Made by a program: the position numbers and the translations under genes
Source: an uncultured archaeon
GTDB taxonomy: Archaea > Iainarchaeota > Iainarchaeia > Iainarchaeales > GCA-2688035
Direction: 5' to 3'
Assembly: GCA_964354805.1 (NCBI GenBank)
Contig: CAYHBD010000016.1
Span: 64,001-128,000 of the forward strand
Length of the DNA: 64,000 nt
Notes under the pieces: generated by a model
Databases searched by the model: none
What the model was told of the DNA's origin: nothing
What the model saw: the letters and a program-made list of their open reading frames with translations, nothing else
In this document: one piece after another, positions 9,661 to 19,261 of the stretch
How positions within the stretch are numbered: position 1 is the first letter of the stretch
How the letters are laid out: each line of letters starts with the position of its first letter

Positions 9661-10124
9661 ACCCTTATGCTGATTGGAATTGCTCCGGCAGAGGTGAATG
9701 TTCCCTTTTCAAAATTCTCTTTTGTTATTGGCCCATTATTTGTTACAACCAATCGTTTTGTTTCATAGAAGTCTTCCCCATTATAAGCTGTGCCGCAATT
9801 AGAATTCGCCCTAGTGCTGCTGATTTTATAACAGTACCCGCTTGGAAATAAGTTCCCAAAACTACCAATTGTACTTTCATCTATACAATTAACCAAAAAT
9901 ACCTTTGCCGGTCCACCAAGGCTTTGGATTTCGCAGGTTGTGCCATCGCTCGCAACCAACAAATCAGCAGCCGTCTCCGCCACCTGTTTCAATTCATCAT
10001 GCAATTGCTGTTCTTTTTGGCTGTATGCGTTCACTTCAATGCTGTGAATCAGCAAGGCGATTGCTGCTGTTACTGCAACCATTGAGATAATGAAATCCAA
10101 GCTGAATAACTGCCCTTTCTGCAT
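9648..10124 (-). CDS. Pilin-like protein
   Basis: MQKGQLFSLDFII class III signal. Confidence 0.8.
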   Translation of the reverse strand: MQKGQLFSLDFIISMVAVTAAIALLIHSIEVNAYSQKEQQLHDELKQVAETAADLLVASDGTTCEIQSLGGPAKVFLVNCIDESTIGSFGNLFPSGYCYKISSTRANSNCGTAYNGEDFYETKRLVVTNNGPITKENFEKGTFTSAGAIPISIRVWKI

Positions 10125-10135
10125 TTTTCAATCAC

Positions 10136-10549
10136 TTATTTTGATATTGTTATTAACTCTCCGCATTTTGCTGTGCCAGGCACGTTTGTAATTCCTGCTG
10201 GATTAACAAATTTTTTTAATACGCTCACTACTGGTTCGGCAGCATACCCTAAAGTTATAATTCCATTGCCTCTGTCAATGCTGACATCGCACGGCTGCAG
10301 CTTCTCTTCTCCGGGAACAGCTATTTTTGGAATTGTGTAAGAAATGCTTGTGCCAGCTGCCCCATCACTTAATGCAGATGAGGTTGAAATTATTGCCGCA
10401 AGCGTGTTTCCGATTGAGTCAAGCTGCTGCCTTATTGTGCTGCTTTTCTGGGTTTCAATTATTGTGCTGCCGACTGCTGCAATTGAGCCTAATACAACTA
10501 ACGCTACAACTATTGTGAGAATAAAATCCAAGCTGACCTGGCCGCGCAT
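10136..10549 (-). CDS. Pilin-like protein
   Basis: MRGQVSLDFIL class III signal. Confidence 0.8.
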   Translation of the reverse strand: MRGQVSLDFILTIVVALVVLGSIAAVGSTIIETQKSSTIRQQLDSIGNTLAAIISTSSALSDGAAGTSISYTIPKIAVPGEEKLQPCDVSIDRGNGIITLGYAAEPVVSVLKKFVNPAGITNVPGTAKCGELITISK

Positions 10550-10585
10550 TTCAGTTAAACAATATGTTTTCTCTGTTTTTAAGAA

Positions 10586-12100
10586 TTAGCCTTCTATCAA
10601 ACTGCTGCCAGTCATCTCTTTTGGCTTACTTATTCCCATTAATTCAAGAACAGTTGGCCCAATGTCCTGCAGGCCTGCTCCCTTGCGCAGTTTCGCTTTC
10701 AGCAACGCTGGCTCGTTTGAAACAAGAATAAATGGAACATCATTCACCGTGTGCGATGTCTGCCACTGCTTGCTTTTGTCTTCAAGGTTCCCGTGGTCAG
10801 CGAAAATGAACAAAACATAATCCTTTTCCAGCCCGGCTGCAACAATTCTGCCAACGCATTGGTCAACGGTTTCCGCAGCTTTCAAGCAGGCTTCCCATTT
10901 GCCAGTGTGCCCGACAAGGTCGCCGTTCACCAAATTTACTGCAATAAAATCATAACAATTTTTTCCTATTTCCTGCACTAATTTGTCTGTTACTTCAAAT
11001 GCGCTCATTTCAGGCTGCAAATCATAAGTTGCAACCTTCGGCGATGGCACAAGCATTCTGTCTTCCCCCTTGCTCGGCTCTTCAATCTGCCCGTTGAAAA
11101 AGAACGTAACATGCGCGTACTTCTCTGTTTCCGAAATGCGCAGCTGTCGCAGCCCAGCCTTGCTTATCACTTTCCCAAGAAGGTTTTTGATTTGAATGTC
11201 CTCGAACGCAACCAGTGCATTCATTGGTTTGTAGAAAGATGTCATTGCAACAAAGCAAACCTGCAATGGCTTTCTTTCCCATCCTGGAAATTCTTTTTCA
11301 ACAATTGCCTGCGTTAATTGCCTTGTCCTGTCCGTCCTGTAATTATAGAAAATGATTGAATCGTTTTCCTGCACTCCCTTGTAGCCTTTTGCTTTTCTTG
11401 GCACAATGAATTCATCCGTTTTTCCCTTGGAATAGCATTGCCCGATTTCCTTTTCAATCTCCTCAAACTCGCTTTCGCACTCTCCCCTTGCAATGCAATC
11501 GTATGCCTTTTTTGTCCTCTCCCATCGCTTGTCCCTGTCCATTGTGTAATATCTTCCGCTCAATGTCGCGATTTTTCCAACTCCGAACTGCTTAATCTTC
11601 TTCTTTAACAGCTTAATATGTTTCACGCCATCATTCACCTGGGCATCTCTGCCATCAGTGATAACATGCACAAGCACATCAGAAAATTTTTGCTTTTTGC
11701 ATAAGAGAAGCAGCGCATGCAGGTGGTTTTCATGAGCGTGGACTCCTTCGCTCTGCAGTAATCCAATCAAGTGCAGCCTTGTTTTGTTTCGCCTGCAGTT
11801 TTCAATCGCTTTAAGAAAAGCAGGATTTTTAAAAAACTCGCCTTTTGCAATCGCGTTGTTTATTCTCTCCATAGGCTGCCAAATAATTCTCCCACTGCCA
11901 ATGGTTAAATGCCCAACCTCGCTATTTCCCTGATAGCCCTTTCCCAAGCCAACTGCCTCACCGCTGCATTTAAGCAAAGTGTTTGGATATTCTTGCATCA
12001 GCCTATTAGTGTTTGGAGTTTTTGCTGCAGCAATCGCATTCTGCTCTTTCTTTGGATTAAAGCCCCAGCCGTCCCTTATTACTAAAATGACTTTTTTCAT
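10586..12100 (-). CDS. gpmI: 2,3-bisphosphoglycerate-independent phosphoglycerate mutase
   Basis: DGWG, GNSEVGH, GRYYTMDRD, ETEKYAHVTFF, ADHGN. Confidence 0.96.
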   Translation of the reverse strand: MKKVILVIRDGWGFNPKKEQNAIAAAKTPNTNRLMQEYPNTLLKCSGEAVGLGKGYQGNSEVGHLTIGSGRIIWQPMERINNAIAKGEFFKNPAFLKAIENCRRNKTRLHLIGLLQSEGVHAHENHLHALLLLCKKQKFSDVLVHVITDGRDAQVNDGVKHIKLLKKKIKQFGVGKIATLSGRYYTMDRDKRWERTKKAYDCIARGECESEFEEIEKEIGQCYSKGKTDEFIVPRKAKGYKGVQENDSIIFYNYRTDRTRQLTQAIVEKEFPGWERKPLQVCFVAMTSFYKPMNALVAFEDIQIKNLLGKVISKAGLRQLRISETEKYAHVTFFFNGQIEEPSKGEDRMLVPSPKVATYDLQPEMSAFEVTDKLVQEIGKNCYDFIAVNLVNGDLVGHTGKWEACLKAAETVDQCVGRIVAAGLEKDYVLFIFADHGNLEDKSKQWQTSHTVNDVPFILVSNEPALLKAKLRKGAGLQDIGPTVLELMGISKPKEMTGSSLIEG

Positions 12101-12468
12101 TCCACCACTTCCAATTGCAGCTGCTTTCCGCTTGCATCAAATGCCCTCACGCTTTCAAAAGAGAAAGGATAGGCAATTATTAAATGTATTTCCCCCATTG
12201 CCCTGAATGCGGCAAGGTCTCCCCTGGAAGGGGAAGCGCTTGGCCCAGGGTGCGAGTGAACGCTGCCAATTGCCCCGCTTGTATAAGGCAGCAAATCCAG
12301 CCTGATTGAGCTGAATGTTTCGCCAAATGTTGCGGGCAGAATAATAAATTCGTCAATTACGCTGCTTTTCTTCTCCCTGCGCCCAAGCAGTGCAATGAAC
12401 TCGTGCGGATAAGTGTTTTGCGCAGCAACAACAAGCGCCTGCAAGGTTTGCTTTTTTATTTTGACCAC
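12097..12468 (-). CDS. JAMM/MPN+ metalloprotease (desampylase-like)
   Basis: PHEF...HSHP....PS.GD JAMM motif. Confidence 0.9.
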   Translation of the reverse strand: MVKIKKQTLQALVVAAQNTYPHEFIALLGRREKKSSVIDEFIILPATFGETFSSIRLDLLPYTSGAIGSVHSHPGPSASPSRGDLAAFRAMGEIHLIIAYPFSFESVRAFDASGKQLQLEVVE

Positions 12469-13665
12469 TCACAGCCCCAAGTAGAATAAAATTGTGGGAA
12501 TCATTAAAAATGCCATGCTGTTTGTTCTCCGCGTGTCAGTGCTTAGAATGAGAAGGCCAATTGCAGTAGCGGTTATGTAGAAGATGATGCCTGTTGCTCC
12601 GCTGAATATTGCAACCATTGCCGTCAGGAACACAAGCACAATTGAATTTATTTTTTTGTAGTTAATCAAATGGATTTTTTTCAGCGCCTTTTTTGCAATC
12701 AAATCAGTTGCAATCGCTGCAATGCCCAATGCAATCAATGAAGCTGCAACAACGTAAAGCAATTCCTCGCTGCCGAATGGCATTATTTGTTTCATTGCCG
12801 CTGCGCTCCCTGTCCTTGTTTTCCCCCAGGCAAACAAAACAAAGAACGACAGCACCATTGTTGCTGTGTTTACGCCTCCAAGCAGCAGCAGGTAATCCGC
12901 TGTTTTTATTTTTCCAACAAATTTCCTTATTATGAACGCTGCCTGGTTTGAGCCAATCGCCGGCATTAGAGAAACAATTGCCGCCCCGACCAATGCAAGA
13001 ACGCTGCTGCGCAGCAATCTGCTTTTTTCAATGAAAAATTCACCAATATGCTGTTCCACCATGCACTGTTTTTGCCTGATGCTGTAAATCAGTGTGCTTG
13101 AGCCAAAGAATCCTGTTGAAAGGCAGAACAAGGAATTCTGCAGCGAAAAGCTGCTTTCCAATGCAATCAATCCAAGTACTCCGCTTAATGCGATTATTGC
13201 GCAGGCCCATGCTTTCTTTTGCCTGCCTTTTTCGCCCCAAATCATTATTGCAAGGACCGCAATCAACACAAAAGGGATTATTGTTGTAAGAAACTGCTTG
13301 CTTCTCTCTGTGAACAAAATAAAAATCGGGGCAATTGCTATTGCAGCCAAGCCGGCTGCCAGGCCGCCGACAATAGTCATCCTTATTGCAATAAATCCTT
13401 TTCCCTGCAGCAGCAGCCTGTGCCCAGGCAGCACTGAAAGAAAGCTTTCGCTGTCAGGCGCCCCCAAAAGAATTGATGGAACAAAGTCAACAAAGCTCTG
13501 CGTTACACTCATTGCTGCAAGCATCAGAACAAAGCCCAGATTGTTTGTTGCAGCAAAGCCAACAGCCAAAACAGCGATTGTGTTCGCGTGCAATCCCGGA
13601 ATCAGCCCGGCAATTATTCCAAGAACGCAGCCCAACAAAACAAACAGCAGCAGCTCTATTACCAT
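12469..13665 (-). CDS. TctA-family (tripartite tricarboxylate transporter permease-like) membrane protein
   Basis: GLIPGLHAN, FVPSILLGAPD, SVLPGH; multiple TM helices. Confidence 0.85.
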   Translation of the reverse strand: MVIELLLFVLLGCVLGIIAGLIPGLHANTIAVLAVGFAATNNLGFVLMLAAMSVTQSFVDFVPSILLGAPDSESFLSVLPGHRLLLQGKGFIAIRMTIVGGLAAGLAAIAIAPIFILFTERSKQFLTTIIPFVLIAVLAIMIWGEKGRQKKAWACAIIALSGVLGLIALESSFSLQNSLFCLSTGFFGSSTLIYSIRQKQCMVEQHIGEFFIEKSRLLRSSVLALVGAAIVSLMPAIGSNQAAFIIRKFVGKIKTADYLLLLGGVNTATMVLSFFVLFAWGKTRTGSAAAMKQIMPFGSEELLYVVAASLIALGIAAIATDLIAKKALKKIHLINYKKINSIVLVFLTAMVAIFSGATGIIFYITATAIGLLILSTDTRRTNSMAFLMIPTILFYLGL

Positions 13666-13722
13666 TTTTTTAACCACCTTTTTTCTTTTGGTACAGCTTT
13701 TCTTTTCCTAAAAGAAAAGGTG

Positions 13723-14082
13723 TTACCATGATTCCACTTTTGCAACAATTATTTCCAGCGCGTTTTTGTACACCTGCACTTTTCCTGACACTGCAATAAA
13801 AGCGTTTTTCGCAATCAGCTGCCTTTGCTCTTCGCTTGGGTTAAAAATAACCGCCTGCATTTTTCCAGTGCCGTCATTCAACTGAAAAAACAAATTGTTT
13901 TGCCTGCCCCAAACAGAATCAACCCTTCCCTTTAGCAGCACGCTGCTGCCTGCCATTTGCTCATTCAATTCACCGATATTCGCGGGGGCTGGCTCAAACG
14001 CAGAGGTTAGTGCGAAAAGAAGAGCAATTCCAGCGATTGCTGAAATCAAAGCAATCCTCGCAATGTTATACTGTTGCAGCAT
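13723..14082 (-). CDS. Membrane-anchored OB-fold protein
   Basis: TM then LKGRV...LNDGTG...VSGKVQVYK.ALEII. Confidence 0.8.
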   Translation of the reverse strand: MLQQYNIARIALISAIAGIALLFALTSAFEPAPANIGELNEQMAGSSVLLKGRVDSVWGRQNNLFFQLNDGTGKMQAVIFNPSEEQRQLIAKNAFIAVSGKVQVYKNALEIIVAKVESW

Positions 14083-14147
14083 TCAAAAAATTCGCTTTAA
14101 GGAAAAGGTATTAAAAGAAGCAGATAATTCGCTCTTTAACGAAGCTA

Positions 14148-14513
14148 TTAGCAGGGGATTAGTGATTCATTTAGATAAATGTTAATTGTTTCAAAATTTG
14201 TTTTATCCATAATAAGATCTTTAATTGTTCCTTCACCACTCCCGGTTAAACCTAATTCACTACATGTTAGTGTATCAGGCTCAGCAGACAAATTAAAATC
14301 AATTGTTAAGCCGCTCACTGCTGGCTTTACTTCGTCAATGTACACAAAGTAATCCAGTTTGCCTGCGTTTTCCACTACCTTAACTTTCAGCAATTCCATT
14401 GCTGTTACTGAATCATTTATGTTTGTGTAATAGCTTGCAATGGCAATGCTTCCTGCTAAAACAATCAATGCGATTATAAGCAATTCAATGCTAGTCTGCG
14501 CTCTGTCATTCAA
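14148..14513 (-). CDS. Pilin-like protein
   Basis: DRAQTSIELL class III signal. Confidence 0.8.
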   Translation of the reverse strand: MNDRAQTSIELLIIALIVLAGSIAIASYYTNINDSVTAMELLKVKVVENAGKLDYFVYIDEVKPAVSGLTIDFNLSAEPDTLTCSELGLTGSGEGTIKDLIMDKTNFETINIYLNESLIPC

Positions 14514-15051
14514 CCTTGATCACTCCAGCGCTATCTCTTGTTATAGCGTATGCCTTAAATGGTGGGAGTGGGCCTTGGATTTTCAGGCTGGCACAATTGC
14601 TCGGCACGGCGGTTTGCAGCAATGCAATTGAAGCGCTGCACTCAAAGTAAGGGGGTGATCCTATTTCCTCGCACCCCCGGGGTTTCGGTCTTTTTTCATT
14701 CATTTTGTTTACATCCACAGTAAAATTAATCTGGTTTCCACTGCATGAAATGCTTGCCTTGTTTGGAACAAGCAGGTGAATTGTTTTCTTGCTCTCGCCG
14801 CTGTTTGCAGCTGCTTCGTTTAAAGCGTTCGCCAATTTTTGGGCAGAAATTTTTGTATCGCTTACTCTTTGTACATCCTCTGCTGCAACTGTTGCGTCAT
14901 TTATCAGCGGCCAGACTGTTCCGTAAATGTAAACAAGCGTGATAACAATCAGCAGAATAAATTCAATGCTGACCTGGCCTTTTTGCCTTTTGGCAAAAAC
15001 CCCAGGGAAAAATGGCAATTGCTTCGCAATTGCTTGCCCTCTTTTGTTCAA
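14506..15051 (-). CDS. Pilin-like protein with repeat inserted in leader
   Basis: TTG at 15051 overlapping the upstream stop; MNKRGQ...KGQVSIEFIL. Confidence 0.75.
   Translation of the reverse strand: MNKRGQAIAKQLPFFPGVFAKRQKGQVSIEFILLIVITLVYIYGTVWPLINDATVAAEDVQRVSDTKISAQKLANALNEAAANSGESKKTIHLLVPNKASISCSGNQINFTVDVNKMNEKRPKPRGCEEIGSPPYFECSASIALLQTAVPSNCASLKIQGPLPPFKAYAITRDSAGVIKVE
14975..15035 (+). repeat. Double-hairpin repeat inside pilin leader
   Basis: GGCCTTTTTGCC.tttt.GGCAAAAACCCCAGGGAAAAA-GCAATTGC.ttc.GCAATTGC. Confidence 0.75.
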
Positions 15052-16031
15052 TGCAAGAAAACCCAAATCAAATCACCAACTACATTCAACGCAATGTATG
15101 CAATCAATACAGCCGGAACCATTGCAGCGCTCTCCTTCACCATTATTGCATCCTGCAATTTTCCTTCCTTGACCAATTGCTGCAATTCTTTTATTTCCTC
15201 AACTGTAACTCCGCCTGCCCTCGCGCTTGAAACAATTTCCCTTTGCTGCATTGTTTTGCTGGATCTATTAGCAACAAAGTAGTTAATTAAATTTTTTATT
15301 CCCTTTTCAGGCGCCCTTTTCGCATTTCCAGCGCTTTCAACAATTGTTTCACCAACAATCATACCCTCCTGCAAATCGCTTATCCTGATTGTTTTTCTCA
15401 TTAAAACCTTTGACATGGTGTGCAATTTGAACAAAAAATAAACCAGCCAGATTGCAGCAATCGGCAGCAACAATTGGAAAAGGGCGTCATCCTTGTTCAA
15501 AAACGCGTAGCTGCCCAATGCAGCGATAACCACAAAGCCAATGCCAAAAAAAAGCAATTGCCTTATGATTTTTTTCCCGTGTCGTTTGTCCCTATGCAGC
15601 CTTCCCAATGCGAGGAAAATCCCATATGGCAGCATTGCAAACAAGCTGAAAATGAATAAAGTTAGGAAAAAGATTGGCAGCTCAATTGCCGCAAACAAAG
15701 GAATTGAAAGAACCCCAAGCCTGCCCAGAATATTTGGATTCACTGGATTCAATGCGGCAATCCCGGTGAAAAGCTTCACGTCACCGCCTGCCCAGACACC
15801 GGCTTTGTACAAAAGCAGGGAGAACAGGAAAGCAGCAATTGCCGCAATAACGGAATTAAAGAAAAGAAAAAAATTGCTTTCAAGAAAGCCAAGCGCCAAA
15901 TAGCCAATTAAACCAAGCGCAATCATTCCATAAGTGAGCTTGTCGCTCACAATCCTCTGCTTTAAATCAGTGTAGGATGCAATAATCAGCGCAATCAGTG
16001 AAGCAAGAAAAAAGAACAAGAAAGGGGTCAA
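15048..16031 (-). CDS. A24-family prepilin peptidase (FlaK/EppA-like)
   Basis: ASYTDLKQR, WAGGDVKLF catalytic Asp motifs, LQEGMI. Confidence 0.92.
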   Translation of the reverse strand: MTPFLFFFLASLIALIIASYTDLKQRIVSDKLTYGMIALGLIGYLALGFLESNFFLFFNSVIAAIAAFLFSLLLYKAGVWAGGDVKLFTGIAALNPVNPNILGRLGVLSIPLFAAIELPIFFLTLFIFSLFAMLPYGIFLALGRLHRDKRHGKKIIRQLLFFGIGFVVIAALGSYAFLNKDDALFQLLLPIAAIWLVYFLFKLHTMSKVLMRKTIRISDLQEGMIVGETIVESAGNAKRAPEKGIKNLINYFVANRSSKTMQQREIVSSARAGGVTVEEIKELQQLVKEGKLQDAIMVKESAAMVPAVLIAYIALNVVGDLIWVFLH

Positions 16032-16043
16032 AAAAAGCCCCCC

Positions 16044-16220
16044 TTATGCAGTCTGCAGCAGTGAAGCAATTGAATTATCCCTGTAATCCAAAATCTTTGC
16101 CTGAGCCTGCAAAGCAACGCCCCTGATTGAATCAACAACAATCGCCGCAATCATTGCAAGAGTAATGCCAAACAAAGCCATAAGCAAATACTCAATCGAA
16201 ACCTGCGCTCTTTGCTCCAT
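16044..16220 (-). CDS. Small pilin (58 aa, absent from ORF track)
   Basis: Hand translation MEQRAQVSIEYLLMALFGITLAMIAAIVV...LLQTA*. Confidence 0.85.
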   Translation of the reverse strand: MEQRAQVSIEYLLMALFGITLAMIAAIVVDSIRGVALQAQAKILDYRDNSIASLLQTA

Positions 16221-16247
16221 TGCAAACCACCATTCTTTATCTAATTA

Positions 16248-16601
16248 TTATGGCGTAGCCGTTGTACAGGTTTTCTTATTGCCTAAACCGCAGCTTGCAA
16301 AGTCCGTTGTAGCAGTGGCGTTAGTCATATCTGCTTTTAGTGGCTGGCACGCATAGCAAAGCCCTGCTGCTGTTTTAACACACGGCGAAACAGGAACTGC
16401 GGGTGGTCCCACCGACGCAACGTTGCAGCTAAGTGCACTGCATGACGCGTATGTTGCTTTCATTGCGCATTTGGTGGCTGCTTCTGGGTTTTGTGTTGTT
16501 GTTGGTATTCCTGTTATTAGTGCGATTACTATTGATGCCACTAAGACTGCTCCTCCTATGAGCAGCAGGTATTCCAATGCTCCCTGGCCTTTTTTATTCA
16601 T
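16248..16601 (-). CDS. Probable major pilin
   Basis: MNKKGQGALEYLLLIGG; Cys-rich head; own AT-rich upstream region. Confidence 0.85.
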   Translation of the reverse strand: MNKKGQGALEYLLLIGGAVLVASIVIALITGIPTTTQNPEAATKCAMKATYASCSALSCNVASVGPPAVPVSPCVKTAAGLCYACQPLKADMTNATATTDFASCGLGNKKTCTTATP

Positions 16602-16781
16602 AGATTTTACTCTCCGTTTTGATGTTAATTTATTCTTTTTTCTGGTTAATAAATATTCCTTTTATGTTTTTTAACCTTTTGGGGCTGTTTCTTTTCTGTT
16701 TCTTTAACCCTTGCCGGCGTTTTCTGGTATTGCCCTTTTATTTCTCTTTTTTTTTGGGTTAATCCATGATTTTTTTGTTTC

Positions 16782-16919
16782 TTATGGTGTTGTTGCTCCT
16801 TCGCCTGCTGCTGTTGCAGCCTGCTTCAGCATTACGCCCACGATTGCGGCAATTGCAACCGCCGCCCCAATCAACAGCAGCATTTCAATTGATGCCTGCG
16901 CTTTTTCTCCCAGTTCCAT
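16782..16919 (-). CDS. Small Flp-like pilin (45 aa, absent from ORF track)
   Basis: Hand translation MELGEKAQASIEMLLLIGAAVAIAAIVGVMLKQAATAAGEGATTP*; GGTGGA RBS. Confidence 0.8.
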   Translation of the reverse strand: MELGEKAQASIEMLLLIGAAVAIAAIVGVMLKQAATAAGEGATTP

Positions 16920-16967
16920 TTCATCCACCAAACCTGTTATTTGCCCATTCACGCTTTTCCACGGCTT

Positions 16968-17915
16968 TCACGCGTGTATTCCACTGATTAATCCGCTTGA
17001 AGCGAATGCTGATAAGTAAAAGCACGCGTATGCAATCAATAATAGTATTGGCAGGTATATAATACTTTTGTTCATTTTTCCTTCCCTCACCAATGCAATC
17101 ATTATGGCGCCTGCCACGACCTCAATCAGTATGTATGATTGCAGCAAGAGAATGATTATGCTGTTTGTTGCCATCGCATCTTGGATTTGAATGCTTGATA
17201 AATTCAAGCCAATTGCTGTCTGCATTAGGAGGTTTATTACTGTTGAAATCAAGCCAATGATAATTGGCGCAATAATTGCGCCGGCTGCAATAATGAAAAT
17301 AACCTGCAGCATTGTTCCGCTTATTCTTTCCCTTGTAATCCTGTGCAGTTCCCTTACATCATCGGCTATTTCATCAAGCACATCAGCCAGGCCAGCGCCT
17401 GCTTTGATTGAATCAATTATTATTGAAACAGTTCTTTTCACCAGAACGGAATCAATGTTTCCAGCAAAGCTGCGCAGGCTGTTCTCAAGGTTTTCGCCTT
17501 CTTCCATTTTTCGCAAAACGGTTTCCAGTTCCTTGCTTATTGGGCCATAGCCTGCTGTAACGATTTCCCTTAACGCGTACTCGTATGTTCCGCCTGATTT
17601 CAGGATGTCTGCCATTTGCTTCAGCGCTTCGGGCAGCATTTCCTCTATTGCGCTTGTTCTCCTTATTGCAAGCAGGTAGGGGTATCCAAGCATCAGGTCT
17701 GCTGCAACAATGAAAATTATTGGTGAAATCAGAGCTGAAATCGGCAATTGCAACATGAATACGAGGGCAATTGTTAAGAAAGCCAATAGAATTGAAACAA
17801 GCAAAGAAATCAGCAGCCATGCCTCTGCCGCTATTTTGAAATTTATTTGATGCAGGGCCTGCTTGTACGATTGCCAGAATTTGAATCCAGTGGATTTTTC
17901 AGCCATTTCTTTCAC
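16968..17915 (-). CDS. Type II secretion F-domain (TadC-like) platform protein
   Basis: IEEMLPEALKQMADILKSG, GAGLADVLDEIADD. Confidence 0.9.
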   Translation of the reverse strand: MKEMAEKSTGFKFWQSYKQALHQINFKIAAEAWLLISLLVSILLAFLTIALVFMLQLPISALISPIIFIVAADLMLGYPYLLAIRRTSAIEEMLPEALKQMADILKSGGTYEYALREIVTAGYGPISKELETVLRKMEEGENLENSLRSFAGNIDSVLVKRTVSIIIDSIKAGAGLADVLDEIADDVRELHRITRERISGTMLQVIFIIAAGAIIAPIIIGLISTVINLLMQTAIGLNLSSIQIQDAMATNSIIILLLQSYILIEVVAGAIMIALVREGKMNKSIIYLPILLLIAYACFYLSAFASSGLISGIHA

Positions 17916-17948
17916 GCCCTTGTTTTGGATTTTTTTTAACCTCTTTTT

Positions 17949-19127
17949 TCACACCCTTGGTTGGGCTGTTTTAATGTATACGACAAAGCAAATCAAAATG
18001 AATGGGATTACCAGCAGATAAATTGCCGCAATTACCGGCAGGCTCAATGGCAGTGCCGCTAAAGCAATGCCTGTTGACTGCAGTGGGCTGTTTCTCACCG
18101 CGCCCAAAACACTGACCATTACCGGCAGAACAATTGCGCCGAAAACAAATAATACCCCGAGAAAATTCATTCTCATTCCAAATTCCCTGATTGCGCTCCT
18201 CATTTCGAATGAAACATCTTCAGCAATGTCACTCATTGCATCACTCAGGTTGCCGCCTGTTTTCAATGCCCTGATTATGTGGATTGCCGCATTCCGCAAT
18301 GCCTTGCTTTGCGTCCTTACTGCCAGATGCCTTAGCGCGTCCTGCGTATCAATGCCTTCCTCCACTTCCGTTATCACCTGGCTGAATTCTTCTGACAATG
18401 CGCCGTAGTCCGCTGTTGCAATTGTCTGTATTGTTTTGTACAATCCAATTCCCGCCCTCAGTTCTGTTGCCATGTGCCTTAATGCGAACGGCAGTTCAAC
18501 GCTTACAGCGCTGCCCCTTGCAATTGCCTTTCGTTTTGGAATAATTAACAGCACTACCGAGGAGATAAAGAATGAAAGGACTGAGATGATTATTATGAGC
18601 AAAATTCTTGTTGCAAGAGCCATATTCAGGTAAGTTAGGATTGCAATTGACAAAACCAATGAAATGAAGAAAACAATTGTTGAGGATGCAACAGTTAATG
18701 CGAGATACTGCTTGCTGCTGTACCTCATGTTCGCCGAATACAAATAGAATGCCAGCATCTCCATTTCAGGGAATTTGCCCAAAGCGTTTGCAATCGGCTT
18801 CAAAACAGCGCCCAAACTCAAATAAATTTTTGCAAGCGCCTGAATTATTTTCGATTTAACTTCACGCAGTTCTTCAATTGTTTGAATCTCAACGCCGGCA
18901 CCTTTGTCTTCGGCAATAAGACCCCGCAATTCTCCAAGAACCCCTTTTACCTCCGCAAACTCAACACCTTCAGCCCTGTATTTTTCCCGCATTCTTTTGA
19001 CTATCTTGTCAACCTTCTCCATGTCAATTTCAGAGGCAGCTTCCTCCGCTGGTGCAGCAGTTTTTCCTGCAACCGGCTTTTCATCCGCTGCAATCTTTTT
19101 CTTCAATGAAGCAACATTTTCAGGCAT
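17949..19127 (-). CDS. Type II secretion F-domain (TadB/C-like) platform protein
   Basis: ELPFALRHMATELRAGIG, TGGNLSDAM; ATG 19127 with GGAG RBS (alternative start 19154). Confidence 0.9.
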   Translation of the reverse strand: MPENVASLKKKIAADEKPVAGKTAAPAEEAASEIDMEKVDKIVKRMREKYRAEGVEFAEVKGVLGELRGLIAEDKGAGVEIQTIEELREVKSKIIQALAKIYLSLGAVLKPIANALGKFPEMEMLAFYLYSANMRYSSKQYLALTVASSTIVFFISLVLSIAILTYLNMALATRILLIIIISVLSFFISSVVLLIIPKRKAIARGSAVSVELPFALRHMATELRAGIGLYKTIQTIATADYGALSEEFSQVITEVEEGIDTQDALRHLAVRTQSKALRNAAIHIIRALKTGGNLSDAMSDIAEDVSFEMRSAIREFGMRMNFLGVLFVFGAIVLPVMVSVLGAVRNSPLQSTGIALAALPLSLPVIAAIYLLVIPFILICFVVYIKTAQPRV

Positions 19128-19188
19128 CAGTGCCAACTCCAATAAGATTTTCATTTACAAGGGCAGCAATCAATCCATCTGCATCCAT

Positions 19189-19224
19189 TCAGCGCCCCTC
19201 CAATAAAAACATTTCAACACATTT
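19189..19224 (-). pseudogene. Duplicate of pilus ATPase 3' end
   Basis: KCVEMFLLEGR* versus intact KASELFLLEGR*, 73 nt apart. Confidence 0.65.
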
Positions 19225-19261
19225 TGAGCAAAAGATTCGGCAGCTGCTGTATCCAGCCATT

